A stretch of 54,977 nucleotides of DNA, taken from Bacteroidota bacterium (lineage in GTDB: Bacteria; Bacteroidota; Bacteroidia; UKL13-3). Shown in pieces: positions 45,132 to 53,611 of this stretch (position 1 is its first letter; every line of letters starts with the position of its first letter). The position numbers and the translations under genes were made by a program. Where the stretch lies: NCBI GenBank assembly GCA_947481365.1, contig CANKGI010000001.1:1-54977 (forward strand). Direction: 5' to 3'. The notes beneath the pieces were generated by a model, which searched no databases, was not told the origin of the DNA, and was given only the letters and a program-made list of their open reading frames with translations.

Positions 45132-45145
45132 CTGATTTTAATCAG
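45132..45145. promoter_or_regulatory. CRP/FNR-type palindrome CTGAT-TTTA-ATCAG upstream of ccoNO
   Basis: Perfect 5+4+5 palindrome whose core TGAT-N4-ATCA matches the FNR consensus TTGAT-N4-ATCAA. It overlaps the ccoS stop codon, ~90 nt upstream of the ccoNO ATG. Confidence 0.5.
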
Positions 45146-45330
45146 TTTTTTTCGTTTTTCACTTTTTCATTTGACGATTCATCCTTCTTTTTGATATCGT
45201 CAAACAGAATCCTAACCGATGGTGTGTAATCATCATCTAATTGGCCCGAGCGTACCGACCAAATAAATGCCCCAAGAAAAACCAAAGCCATTAATAAACT
45301 GCAACCAAGTAATAGATAAATGATGCTCAT
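45142..45330 (-). CDS. ccoS: cbb3 oxidase maturation protein CcoS
   Basis: 62 aa. One TM helix followed by 'WSVRSGQLDD'. Overlaps ccoI by 4 nt. Confidence 0.85.
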   Translation of the reverse strand: MSIIYLLLGCSLLMALVFLGAFIWSVRSGQLDDDYTPSVRILFDDIKKKDESSNEKVKNEKN

Positions 45331-47738
45331 TTGAGTTTATTTTTTTTAGCGTATAACATAGTGGTAACAGTTGTAAATAAAATAACAGACACCGAACTTA
45401 AAGGCATTAATATGGCTGCAATGATAGGTGATAAATTTCCTTGAACCGCATAACTCAATCCGATGATATTATAGATGAGCGAAATGACAAAGCTCATACG
45501 AATAACTTTTGTTGTGTCTACTGAGAAATTGATAAACTGATTTGTTTTTTCAAATACCGAAGCATCCATAATGACATCAGAGGCAGGGGAGAAGTGAGCT
45601 GTGTTTTCACTAACGGAAATTCCAAGATCACTTGCACGCAATGCTCCGGCATCATTTAAACCATCTCCAATCATCATTACTTTTTTATTGTTTTTTTGCA
45701 GTTGTTCGATGAAAACAAGTTTTTCCATCGGAGATTGATTGAAAAGTAAATTCGTGTTTTTACCAAAAAGTGCTTCCATGCTTGCTCTTTCTTTATCGTT
45801 GTCGCCCGATAGCAAAAACAAATTGAATGTTGATTTTAATTCATGAATTAGTTTTTTAAGACCATTTCTGTAAGCATGTTCGAAAATGAAATAGCCAATT
45901 ACATCAGCATTTATTTTTACATAAACTTTTGTTGCAGTATTATTTTCGTCTTGAGGTGAATTTTCGTTTACATACTTATATGAACCAATTTTTACAGCAG
46001 TTCCATTCACAATACCTTCTAGCCCTTTTCCTGTTTCTTCATTAAAGTTTAAAACATCAAAAGTGTTCGACTCCGACAATAACGAGTATATTTTTTTGCT
46101 GAGAGGATGAACCGAGTGAACGGTAAGTGATGCTATGTAACTCTTATTATCATTACTTAATTCATCTCCAATAAATGCAATGGACGATTCTGTTGGTTGT
46201 GTTATGGTTCCGGTTTTATCAAAAACTATGGTGTTTGTTTTTGCAATTTGCTCAACTACTTCGGGTGATTTAATATAGAATTTATTTCTACCCAAAATAC
46301 GCATGGCTGTTCCAAGTGCAAACGGACTCGATAGCGCAAGTGCACAAGGGCAAGCAATAATGAGCACAGATGTAAAAGCATTGAGTGAAAGTACAGGATT
46401 AAAAATGAGCCACCAACCTGCCGAACCAATGGCAATAAATAATAGAGCAAACGTAAAATACCTGCTCACAATTTGCTGAAATGTGGTGATGCGACTTTCT
46501 GATGGTTTTGCAAAGTGCTCGCTGTTCCAAAGTTGTGTGAGATAACTTTGTGAAACTTTTTTGCAAATTTCTAGCTCTATGGTCTTCCCAATTTGACGGC
46601 CTCCGGCATAAATAATTTCGCCTGATACTTTTGTAACTGGTGCCGACTCTCCTGTAACAAAACTAAAATCAACATTACCTTCTCCATTCATTAAAATGGA
46701 ATCAGCAGGAATAAGTTCATTGTTTCGAATAATGATGCGGTCGCCAATTTTTAAATTGGTTACCGGAACGGTTGTTTCTTTTCTATCAATTAAAACACTT
46801 ACTGCAACTGGGAAATAAGATTTGTAATCGCGCTCGAATGATAGCGTATCAAAAGTTTTTTGTTGAAACCATTTTCCTGTAAGCAAAAAGAAAATCAATC
46901 CTGCAAGTGTATCAAAATAGCCAAGTCCCGAATGCGAAATAACTTCATATGAGCTTCGTAAAAACAAAACTAAAATTCCGAGAGCAAGCGGAACATCAAT
47001 GCCAATGTGGTTTTTGCGCAATCCTTTAATGGCGTTTTTAAAATAATCTTGTGAGCTAAAAAAGAAAACAGGCAGTGCAAGCACCATATTCAGATAGCCA
47101 AACAAAAGCGAGAAATTATTTTTAGTAAACTTGTCTAATCCAAAATACTCTGGAAAACTAAGCAGCATAATATTGCCAAAACAAAATCCGGCAACGCCAA
47201 TTTGATAAGAGAGTTTTCGGTTAACACTTTTCTTTACCTGCGATTCGATATCATTTAAATTAATCGCTGGTTCGTAGCCAAGTGCGCTAAGTAGTTCAAC
47301 TATTTTACGAAGGCTTGTTTCTTCTGTTCTAAATGTGATAGAAACTGTTTTCTTTAAAAAATTAACTCGCGAATGGGTAACACCTTTTTCGAGTTTGTAT
47401 AAATTTTCGAGTAACCATATGCACGAACTGCAATGCATAACCGGTACAAAAAGTGTTGTTTTTCGTATTTTGGTGTCAGCATAATCAATCAGCTTTTTCT
47501 GAACATTTTCATCATCAAGGTAATTGAATTTGGTTTTCGAAATAGGATTTTTTAATGCTATTCCTGGTGCCGACTCGAGATTGTAATAATCGCAAAGGTT
47601 GTTTTCTGAAAGGATATGGTAAACATTTTTACAGCCCGCACAGCAAAAGTCGTGACCATCAGAAACTATTGATGGTCCTTCACATAAATCTCCGCAATGA
47701 TAGCAAGCTATTTTTTTTCGTTGTGTTATTTCACCCAT
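45327..47738 (-). CDS. ccoI: Copper-translocating P1B-type ATPase CcoI/FixI
   Basis: 803 aa. N-terminal 'CYHCGD.C', HMA-like 'MHCSSCIWLLE', 'ACPCALAL', 'FDKTGTIT', 'GDGLNDA'. Confidence 0.9.
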   Translation of the reverse strand: MGEITQRKKIACYHCGDLCEGPSIVSDGHDFCCAGCKNVYHILSENNLCDYYNLESAPGIALKNPISKTKFNYLDDENVQKKLIDYADTKIRKTTLFVPVMHCSSCIWLLENLYKLEKGVTHSRVNFLKKTVSITFRTEETSLRKIVELLSALGYEPAINLNDIESQVKKSVNRKLSYQIGVAGFCFGNIMLLSFPEYFGLDKFTKNNFSLLFGYLNMVLALPVFFFSSQDYFKNAIKGLRKNHIGIDVPLALGILVLFLRSSYEVISHSGLGYFDTLAGLIFFLLTGKWFQQKTFDTLSFERDYKSYFPVAVSVLIDRKETTVPVTNLKIGDRIIIRNNELIPADSILMNGEGNVDFSFVTGESAPVTKVSGEIIYAGGRQIGKTIELEICKKVSQSYLTQLWNSEHFAKPSESRITTFQQIVSRYFTFALLFIAIGSAGWWLIFNPVLSLNAFTSVLIIACPCALALSSPFALGTAMRILGRNKFYIKSPEVVEQIAKTNTIVFDKTGTITQPTESSIAFIGDELSNDNKSYIASLTVHSVHPLSKKIYSLLSESNTFDVLNFNEETGKGLEGIVNGTAVKIGSYKYVNENSPQDENNTATKVYVKINADVIGYFIFEHAYRNGLKKLIHELKSTFNLFLLSGDNDKERASMEALFGKNTNLLFNQSPMEKLVFIEQLQKNNKKVMMIGDGLNDAGALRASDLGISVSENTAHFSPASDVIMDASVFEKTNQFINFSVDTTKVIRMSFVISLIYNIIGLSYAVQGNLSPIIAAILMPLSSVSVILFTTVTTMLYAKKNKLK

Positions 47739-47742
47739 TCAT

Positions 47743-48579
47743 TTATATCATGAAAACAGAGCGATTGCCTTCTAGAAAAAATGAATGATCATGATTAAAA
47801 ATGATGTCTTCAATAATTTCATTTCGGTTAACTCCGGTTACAAGTATAAAGTTATCAAATTGAGTGAGCAAATTTTTAAGGTCATTATAATAAGTTTCAG
47901 GGAAACTTCTCATTACCGAAAAATATTGCTGGTGGGTTTTTATGTAATTGTAAATATTTTTTTCTTCTTCCATCGATAAATCATTCATGATGGTGTAAAG
48001 AATGACTTTATTTTTGAGCAATTGTGTTTCAAATAAGTACGAGAACAATTTTATCGCCTCAAAACTTTTTTCCGAACCGTCAAACAAAAGAATAATGTTC
48101 TCTAATGGTTTGATTTCATTTGGAACCAAAAAAACCGGACATTTCGAATTACGCAAAAGCAATTCAATAATTTCATTATAATGTTTGTTGTTTTTTTTAT
48201 GGCTGAAAATATTTTTACCAATAAGCAATAAATCTGAATACAAACTGTCGTTTAATAAATCGTGATCTATAGAATGATTGTTAAGGTAAACAGAGACTTT
48301 TAAACTTAGGTCTTCACATTTATTTACAAAACTATGGATAAAATCTTCGCTGTTTCCTGCTTCTGAATGCAATATTTTTTCGAGTATTTCTTTATATGAA
48401 AACTCGTTGTTTATAGTGCTTGGATTTTCAAAAACATGATGCAAGTGATCTTTTGAAATCCCATCTACAAAAATGCCACTGAAATGATTTTCCTTTTTGT
48501 CGAAAATGGTTAATGAATTGTCAAGAAGCTTTGCTGAATCTTCCGTGGCATCCATTAATAACAGCATGTTTCGTATCAT
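47743..48579 (-). CDS. Tandem universal-stress-protein (UspA-like) domain protein
   Basis: Two USP-like halves ('SDLLLIGKN....CPVFLVP' and 'NFILVTG'). The start was moved to the ATG at 48579 because the track's TTG at 48606 lies inside the -7 box. Confidence 0.5.
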   Translation of the reverse strand: MIRNMLLLMDATEDSAKLLDNSLTIFDKKENHFSGIFVDGISKDHLHHVFENPSTINNEFSYKEILEKILHSEAGNSEDFIHSFVNKCEDLSLKVSVYLNNHSIDHDLLNDSLYSDLLLIGKNIFSHKKNNKHYNEIIELLLRNSKCPVFLVPNEIKPLENIILLFDGSEKSFEAIKLFSYLFETQLLKNKVILYTIMNDLSMEEEKNIYNYIKTHQQYFSVMRSFPETYYNDLKNLLTQFDNFILVTGVNRNEIIEDIIFNHDHSFFLEGNRSVFMI

Positions 48580-48603
48580 GATAAGTTTTTGGTTATTACC
48601 ATA

Positions 48604-48611
48604 CAAACGTA
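48604..48611 (-). promoter_or_regulatory. -7 box TACGTTTG of the usp-ccoI-ccoS unit
   Basis: Exact TAnnTTTG match on the minus strand, 44 nt downstream of the palindrome at 48656-48669. Confidence 0.45.
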
Positions 48612-48655
48612 GATTTGAAGCGAGTTTTAAAAAATGATTATACTCACAACCTTTG

Positions 48656-48669
48656 CTGATTTATATCAG
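48656..48669. promoter_or_regulatory. CRP/FNR-type palindrome CTGAT-TTAT-ATCAG upstream of usp-ccoI-ccoS
   Basis: Perfect palindrome with the same half-sites as 45132-45145. It lies in the divergent intergenic region between usp and the OMP gene. Confidence 0.5.
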
Positions 48670-48747
48670 AATTTCAGCTGCTTCCATTCGATTTTTTTTT
48701 ATTTAACAAAATAATCTTAGTATTACGGTTGATTTTAAAGTACGAAT

Positions 48748-49317
48748 ATGAATAGAAATTTCTTCTTAAAGCCTGCAGTTATTGCATTTTGCTTTTTTCT
48801 GAGCCTATCTTTTGCATCTAAAGCGCAATACAGTGTAGGTGTAACTGGTAATTATATGATACCATCTTCCGAATTTGGTTCGGCAGCTAAACCAGGTTTT
48901 GGTGCTACTGTTGAAATTCGCAAAATTTTTAGTGACATTATCAAAGCTGGTATTAACATTGGTTATGCCTCGTTTGAAAATAAAAATTCGGACAGTAAAA
49001 TTTCACCATTGATTGATGGAAAAACATTAACAATTATTCCTGTAACTTTATCAGCTCAGGTTTTCTTTAACGATAATAAATTCAGACCATTTATTGGTTT
49101 AGACTTAGGATGGGCAACGGCTAACCTTAAGCTAACTACCGATGCTAAAAATTATTTTATCATGGCTCCTCAATTAGGTGTTGAGTATAAATTATCAGAG
49201 CAAGTTTTTATTCATTTAACAGCTAAAGATAATTTGATGTTTTATGAGCGTACTGCTCATGCCTCCGATTTAATGTCGATGGTAGGAATCAACTTTGGAT
49301 TAACATATAAATTTTAA
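48748..49317 (+). CDS. Small outer-membrane beta-barrel protein (OmpW/OmpA-barrel-like)
   Basis: 189 aa. Signal peptide 'SFASKAQ', alternating beta-strand pattern, and a terminal 'GLTYKF' beta-signal. Confidence 0.65.
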   Translation: MNRNFFLKPAVIAFCFFLSLSFASKAQYSVGVTGNYMIPSSEFGSAAKPGFGATVEIRKIFSDIIKAGINIGYASFENKNSDSKISPLIDGKTLTIIPVTLSAQVFFNDNKFRPFIGLDLGWATANLKLTTDAKNYFIMAPQLGVEYKLSEQVFIHLTAKDNLMFYERTAHASDLMSMVGINFGLTYKF

Positions 49318-49340
49318 ATAGTAGCGTTTAATAAAATTGA

Positions 49341-49370
49341 AAATCCTCCCATTGCGGAGGATTTTTTTTT
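49341..49370. terminator. Bidirectional terminator between the OMP gene and the convergent exonuclease gene
   Basis: Hairpin aaatcctcc-cattgc-ggaggattt followed by a T-run and preceded by an A-run. Confidence 0.7.
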
Positions 49371-50742
49371 ATTTGTTATTGAAATAAATAAACCTCGTAT
49401 GTTCAGGTATTGCTGAGCTTTTCAATAGTTCACGAATGAAGAAATTTTCTTTTAATGGTTTAATATGCTCTTTCAATAATTCAATTTCATGATAGGAAAT
49501 TTCTGATGGGACATATCCCATTCCATAAAATTTCCCTTTTTCGACTAAAATGCAACTGTAAGTATTTTCTTCTAATCCCCTGTCAATTATGGCATATGTT
49601 TCTTTGTTCTGAAAAGATAAAACAGCTTCTTCAACTTTTAAATTATAAGTGGTTGGCATTTCATTTCCTATACAAGCACCATTGCATAAGCCTGCTTCAA
49701 CATTTTCGCAAGCATCATTTTTTTGATTGAGCATGCACAATTTCGGACATAAATAATACTCATCAACTAATTTTTGCATGGCATGATAGGCATCTGATAG
49801 CGATGGAAAAATATCTATGGGTTTTGTGTGTTTTCTTACCCGATCAATGCATAGCCGCAAGTAACCATTCTGATCTTCATAATCGTAAATGCCAAATGCG
49901 AACTCTGGTTTTTTCAATGCACGATTATACGCTGGCCAGTTTTTTTTTATTTCAATAGATTCTAAAATCAGTGCCATTAATTCGGTAGCACAATTTTGAT
50001 AACTGATGCTGTATATGTTTCGGAGAAAATCTTGCTTTTGTTTACCTGTTGAGTTCCCTCCAAAATGGGTAGCCACACGTTTTTGAATGTTGATGGCTTT
50101 TCCTATGTAAATAATTTTTCCTTCTTCGTTGTGAAAATAATACACACCAGGAGTATTAGGTAAATTTGTAAATTGTTGCTTGGGTAAATTAGGAGGAAGA
50201 CTTTGTTCTTTTGAACCTTTTTTTAGCGACTCGTTAATATTTCCATCAACATCATTTGCCAAAATTTTTTCAAATAATTCAACGGTGGCAATTGCATCTC
50301 CAGCTGCACGATGCCTGTTTTCAATGCTTATGCCAACTGCTGCGCAAATATTTCCTAAACTATAAGAGCGTAATCCGGGAAATATTTTTCGACTCAAACG
50401 AACGGTACATAATTTTTTAGCATTGTATTCGATGCCCGAATGTTTGAAGTGACTTTTTATAAATGAATAATCGAAACCAACATTGTGAGCAATAAATATA
50501 TTCCCATCCAATAATTCATAAAGTTCTTCGGCTATGTCGTTAAACTGTGGTGCATCCTCAACCATCTCGTTTGTTATACCTGTGTAAGCACTAATGTAGG
50601 CAGGAATAAAACGAGCAGGTTTTAATAGTGTTTCAAATTGTTTGGTAACTTTTTTACCATCGTGAATAAACACGGCAATTTCGGTAATACTGTTTGCGTC
50701 AGCATGACCGCCTGTGGTTTCTATATCAACGATGGCATACAT
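49369..50742 (-). CDS. DnaQ-like 3'-5' exonuclease fused to a GIY-YIG (UvrC/Cho-like) nuclease domain
   Basis: 457 aa. ExoI 'AIVDIETTG', ExoII 'AHNVGFDYSF', ExoIII 'HRAAGDA'. These are followed by 'PGVYYFHNEEGKIIYIGKAINIQKR' (GIY-YIG) and a Cys cluster, 'CPKLC...C......GLCNGAC'. Confidence 0.8.
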   Translation of the reverse strand: MYAIVDIETTGGHADANSITEIAVFIHDGKKVTKQFETLLKPARFIPAYISAYTGITNEMVEDAPQFNDIAEELYELLDGNIFIAHNVGFDYSFIKSHFKHSGIEYNAKKLCTVRLSRKIFPGLRSYSLGNICAAVGISIENRHRAAGDAIATVELFEKILANDVDGNINESLKKGSKEQSLPPNLPKQQFTNLPNTPGVYYFHNEEGKIIYIGKAINIQKRVATHFGGNSTGKQKQDFLRNIYSISYQNCATELMALILESIEIKKNWPAYNRALKKPEFAFGIYDYEDQNGYLRLCIDRVRKHTKPIDIFPSLSDAYHAMQKLVDEYYLCPKLCMLNQKNDACENVEAGLCNGACIGNEMPTTYNLKVEEAVLSFQNKETYAIIDRGLEENTYSCILVEKGKFYGMGYVPSEISYHEIELLKEHIKPLKENFFIRELLKSSAIPEHTRFIYFNNK

Positions 50743-50743
50743 T

Positions 50744-51166
50744 TTAGCTAAACATTTTAATATAATGATTGATCATGCATTGATACGAATCGGAAATGAG
50801 CTGCTCTAAAATTTTCATATCTACTACCGAAAGATTTTTTACATACAAACAAGATTTAGTAGTTTTAAATTTCCCTAATTTTTGCAGCAATGCTTTATGT
50901 GTTTCAAAACCCGGAAGACAATAAATAGTCAAATTGGCTTTGCGTGGAGAGAATCCTGTTAAAAAATAATCTCCTTCACGACCGCTGGCATATTTGTAAT
51001 GAAACTGCCCAAAACCAACGATGTTTCCCCACATCACAGGTTTCTTGCCGGTAATTTTTTGCATTATTTTAATCAGTGTTTTGCAATCTTGCTGAATGCT
51101 TGGTTCAAGTGTATCAAGAAATTTTTCTACACTTTCGGTTCCAGGTTTGGTTTTATTTTCTGCCAT
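50744..51166 (-). CDS. DUF1801 (YdhG-like) domain protein
   Basis: 140 aa. Family assigned by eye from 'V..FL..L.......C..L..IM...TG..P.MWG..IVGFG.Y.Y'. Ends 1 nt before the exonuclease start. Confidence 0.5.
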   Translation of the reverse strand: MAENKTKPGTESVEKFLDTLEPSIQQDCKTLIKIMQKITGKKPVMWGNIVGFGQFHYKYASGREGDYFLTGFSPRKANLTIYCLPGFETHKALLQKLGKFKTTKSCLYVKNLSVVDMKILEQLISDSYQCMINHYIKMFS

Positions 51167-51231
51167 AAAAATTTATATAAGCAATATAGATTTACTTGTC
51201 GAAATGCTCAAATGGATTGCGCTCTATTAAA

Positions 51232-51268
51232 TAAAAAAGGAAAGACATTTGACATATCTTTCCTTTTA
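51232..51268 (-). terminator. Rho-independent terminator after pepP
   Basis: Hairpin ggaaaga-N12-tctttcc. On the minus strand it is followed by ttttttattt. Confidence 0.65.
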
Positions 51269-51284
51269 TTTGATTGATTGAAAA

Positions 51285-52574
51285 CTATTTCATCATCGCT
51301 TCAATTTCATCGGCTTCAATCGGAATATGAGCCATCAAATCAATGCAACCGTTTTCGGTAATTAATATTTCATTTTCTAATCGTATTCCAATTCCTTCTT
51401 CAGGAATATAAATTCCGGGTTCGCAGCTAAACGTCATACCTGCTTGCATAGGCTCGTAGCGCATACCCACGTCATGCACATCAATTCCTAAAAAGTGGGA
51501 GGTTCCATGCATATAGTATTTTTTAAATGCAGGCCATGCAGGATCTTGATTTTTGATATCGTCTTGCGTAATCAATTTCAAATCCAACAATTCTTTTTCC
51601 ATTATTTTACAAACCTGATCGTGATATTCCATCAGCAATACACCCGGTTTCAATAATTTTATGGCTGCACGCATCACACGCAAAACGGCATTATACACTT
51701 CTTTCTGACGAGCAGTAAATTTTCCGTTTACAGGAAAAGTACGTGTCATATCGCTGGCATAATTTGCATAATCAGCTCCCGTATCAAGCAGTAATAATTC
51801 ACCATCACCACACACACCGGCATTATCAATGTAATGCAACACGCATGCATTTTTTCCGCTGGCAACAATGGGTGTAAACGAATGTCCTGCTGCACCATTG
51901 CGCAAAAATTCGTGAATCACTTCGGCTTCTACTTCATACTCGGTAACTCCGGGTTTGGTAAATTTCAATACGCGTTTCAACATTTTTTCAGAAATGCCGG
52001 CAGCAATTTTCATCGTTTCAATTTCGAGCGGTTGTTTTATACTTCGCAAACGTTGAGTAATTGGAGCAGCACGTTCGAAATTGTGAAGAGGAAATTTCTC
52101 TTTCATTTGTTTTACAAAAGCAATGTCTTTTGTTAAAAACGAATTTGAATTTCTGTCGTTTTCATTTAATGTGAGATAAATATTTTGAGCCATTAAAATA
52201 ATTGCACGCGTGTTGGTTTCAAACTCATCCATCCAAAAAATATTTTTTATTCCTGATGCTGCAAATGCTTCTTCCTTGTTGTATTTATGACCTTCCCAAA
52301 CAGCAATAGTTGCGTTTGTTCTACGAATAAATAAAGCTTCGCGATACGCTTCAACAGGGCAATCAGGAAATAATACCACTGCACAATCTTCTTGATCGAT
52401 GCCGGTAATCCAATACATATCTGAGTTTTGTTTGTAGTCGTAACTGGCATCACCATTGCGTGGCATCACTTCGTTAGAGTTAAAAATCGCGATTGATTTT
52501 GGTTTCATTTGTTTGCGAAAACGTTCGCGGTTTTCGATAAATAATTTTTTGTCGATTGCTTTATATCTTTTCAT
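51285..52574 (-). CDS. pepP: Xaa-Pro aminopeptidase (M24B)
   Basis: 429 aa. AMP_N-like N-terminal domain, then 'LLLLDTGADY..YASDMTRTF', 'HGTSHFLGIDVHD', 'EPGIY' and 'IRLENE'. Confidence 0.88.
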   Translation of the reverse strand: MKRYKAIDKKLFIENRERFRKQMKPKSIAIFNSNEVMPRNGDASYDYKQNSDMYWITGIDQEDCAVVLFPDCPVEAYREALFIRRTNATIAVWEGHKYNKEEAFAASGIKNIFWMDEFETNTRAIILMAQNIYLTLNENDRNSNSFLTKDIAFVKQMKEKFPLHNFERAAPITQRLRSIKQPLEIETMKIAAGISEKMLKRVLKFTKPGVTEYEVEAEVIHEFLRNGAAGHSFTPIVASGKNACVLHYIDNAGVCGDGELLLLDTGADYANYASDMTRTFPVNGKFTARQKEVYNAVLRVMRAAIKLLKPGVLLMEYHDQVCKIMEKELLDLKLITQDDIKNQDPAWPAFKKYYMHGTSHFLGIDVHDVGMRYEPMQAGMTFSCEPGIYIPEEGIGIRLENEILITENGCIDLMAHIPIEADEIEAMMK

Positions 52575-52657
52575 ATTAATAAAATGTATTGTTAAACGAT
52601 ATTGATTTAGTACAAGGTTATTAAAAATTTATATTTAAATGCTGATGAAATAAATAT

Positions 52658-53551
52658 TTATCTGAAGAGGGTAACTTTTCTGGTAAGAACATCGCCATTT
52701 TCAAATTGAATATTAACAAAATATATTCCTGTGTTTATCTCTGTAACATCCAATGAAATGCTAGTGTCAGAGATTTCAGTTTCTTTTTTTGCAAGAGTAC
52801 CAACAGTGTTATAAACCTCAATAGCCGAAATGCGATTATTTGTTTGATGGCTTGAAATACTCAACGTTTTTGTTGCCGGATTTGGATAGATACAAACATC
52901 GCTTTTTGGATTGGACAAATTGTTGAAACCTGTTGTTGATGAACTATCGTATTCAATTACATAATAGAGCGTGTTTGCCATATCAATATCATTCCACTCA
53001 CCTGCAATTCCATAAGGCCAACTTGCCAAAGCAATACCTGCTGCATTTTGGTTCGATAAATAATTATCGGGTTCTTTGGCAGCACCATTACTTTTTCCTC
53101 CCCAATTTACGAAAGCGCCATTTACAATAGCTCCAGTGCCGGTTCCTGCATTTCCTTGTCCGTTCCAAAAATTAACGCCTGAGTTATCGTTATTCCCATC
53201 CCATAACCACATGCCTTCAGTTTTTTTATCAGTTGCACCAATCCATACATAAGCAATTCCACCTCCATCATTTACGGTAGTATAAGAACTCGAAATTCCT
53301 GCTTTATTTTTGATTTGATTATAGATACTATCCTGTTCGGTTTTCGAATTGATTTGAGCAAGATAACCTCCTCGTAAAACAGCACAAGCAGCAGCATCTA
53401 CCCACGATTTTTTTTCTTTAATGATTTCATACTTTTTTGCCTGAAAAGTAAATGAAAAAATGTTTGCAGTGTTTGCACAAACCTGAGCTGAAGAACTGTT
53501 AAATTGAAAAGAAAAGTAAATACAAAATAGTCCAGTAATAATTATTTTCAT
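52658..53551 (-). CDS. Secreted C-type lectin-domain protein with a T9SS C-terminal sorting domain
   Basis: 297 aa. Signal peptide, then CTLD landmarks 'W.DAAACA...GGYLAQINS..EQ', 'YVWIGATDKKTEGMWLWDG' and 'EWNDID'. The C-terminus, 'CIYPNPATKTLSIS...GIYFVNIQ', is a T9SS sorting domain. Confidence 0.75.
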   Translation of the reverse strand: MKIIITGLFCIYFSFQFNSSSAQVCANTANIFSFTFQAKKYEIIKEKKSWVDAAACAVLRGGYLAQINSKTEQDSIYNQIKNKAGISSSYTTVNDGGGIAYVWIGATDKKTEGMWLWDGNNDNSGVNFWNGQGNAGTGTGAIVNGAFVNWGGKSNGAAKEPDNYLSNQNAAGIALASWPYGIAGEWNDIDMANTLYYVIEYDSSSTTGFNNLSNPKSDVCIYPNPATKTLSISSHQTNNRISAIEVYNTVGTLAKKETEISDTSISLDVTEINTGIYFVNIQFENGDVLTRKVTLFR

Positions 53552-53611
53552 AATGAGTAATTTAAGTGTTTTAGTATTGATTTTGAATATTAGTCTTCAT
53601 AAAATAGCACA

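Noticed and set aside
45125-45150. The hairpin aaaactgat-ttta-atcagtttt read as a ccoS terminator rather than a regulator site.
   Set aside because: On the minus strand no U-run follows the stem beyond the stem's own T residues. The same half-sites recur at 48656-48669, where no upstream gene needs terminating. The regulator-site reading is therefore preferred, though a dual role cannot be excluded.
48580-48606. TTG start at 48606 for the USP-like gene.
   Set aside because: The TTG lies inside the TACGTTTG -7 box, so it would not be transcribed. The ATG at 48579 ('MIRNMLLLMD') is the first start downstream of the predicted TSS.
49940-49948. Homopolymer tracts of 9 or more nt as potential phase-variation switches: T9 inside the exonuclease gene, A9 in tilS at ~3184-3192, and a T-run at ~48685-48695.
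   Set aside because: Runs of this length are expected by chance in a genome this AT-rich. The coding ones translate to plausible Lys/Phe stretches within intact ORFs. There is no evidence of length heterogeneity in a single sequence.
52658-53551. The possibility that the C-type lectin protein is the variable protein of a diversity-generating retroelement.
   Set aside because: There is no reverse transcriptase gene, no template repeat matching the 3' part of the gene, and no accessory gene nearby. The domain looks like a canonical CTLD rather than the DGR Mtd/TvpA-type fold.
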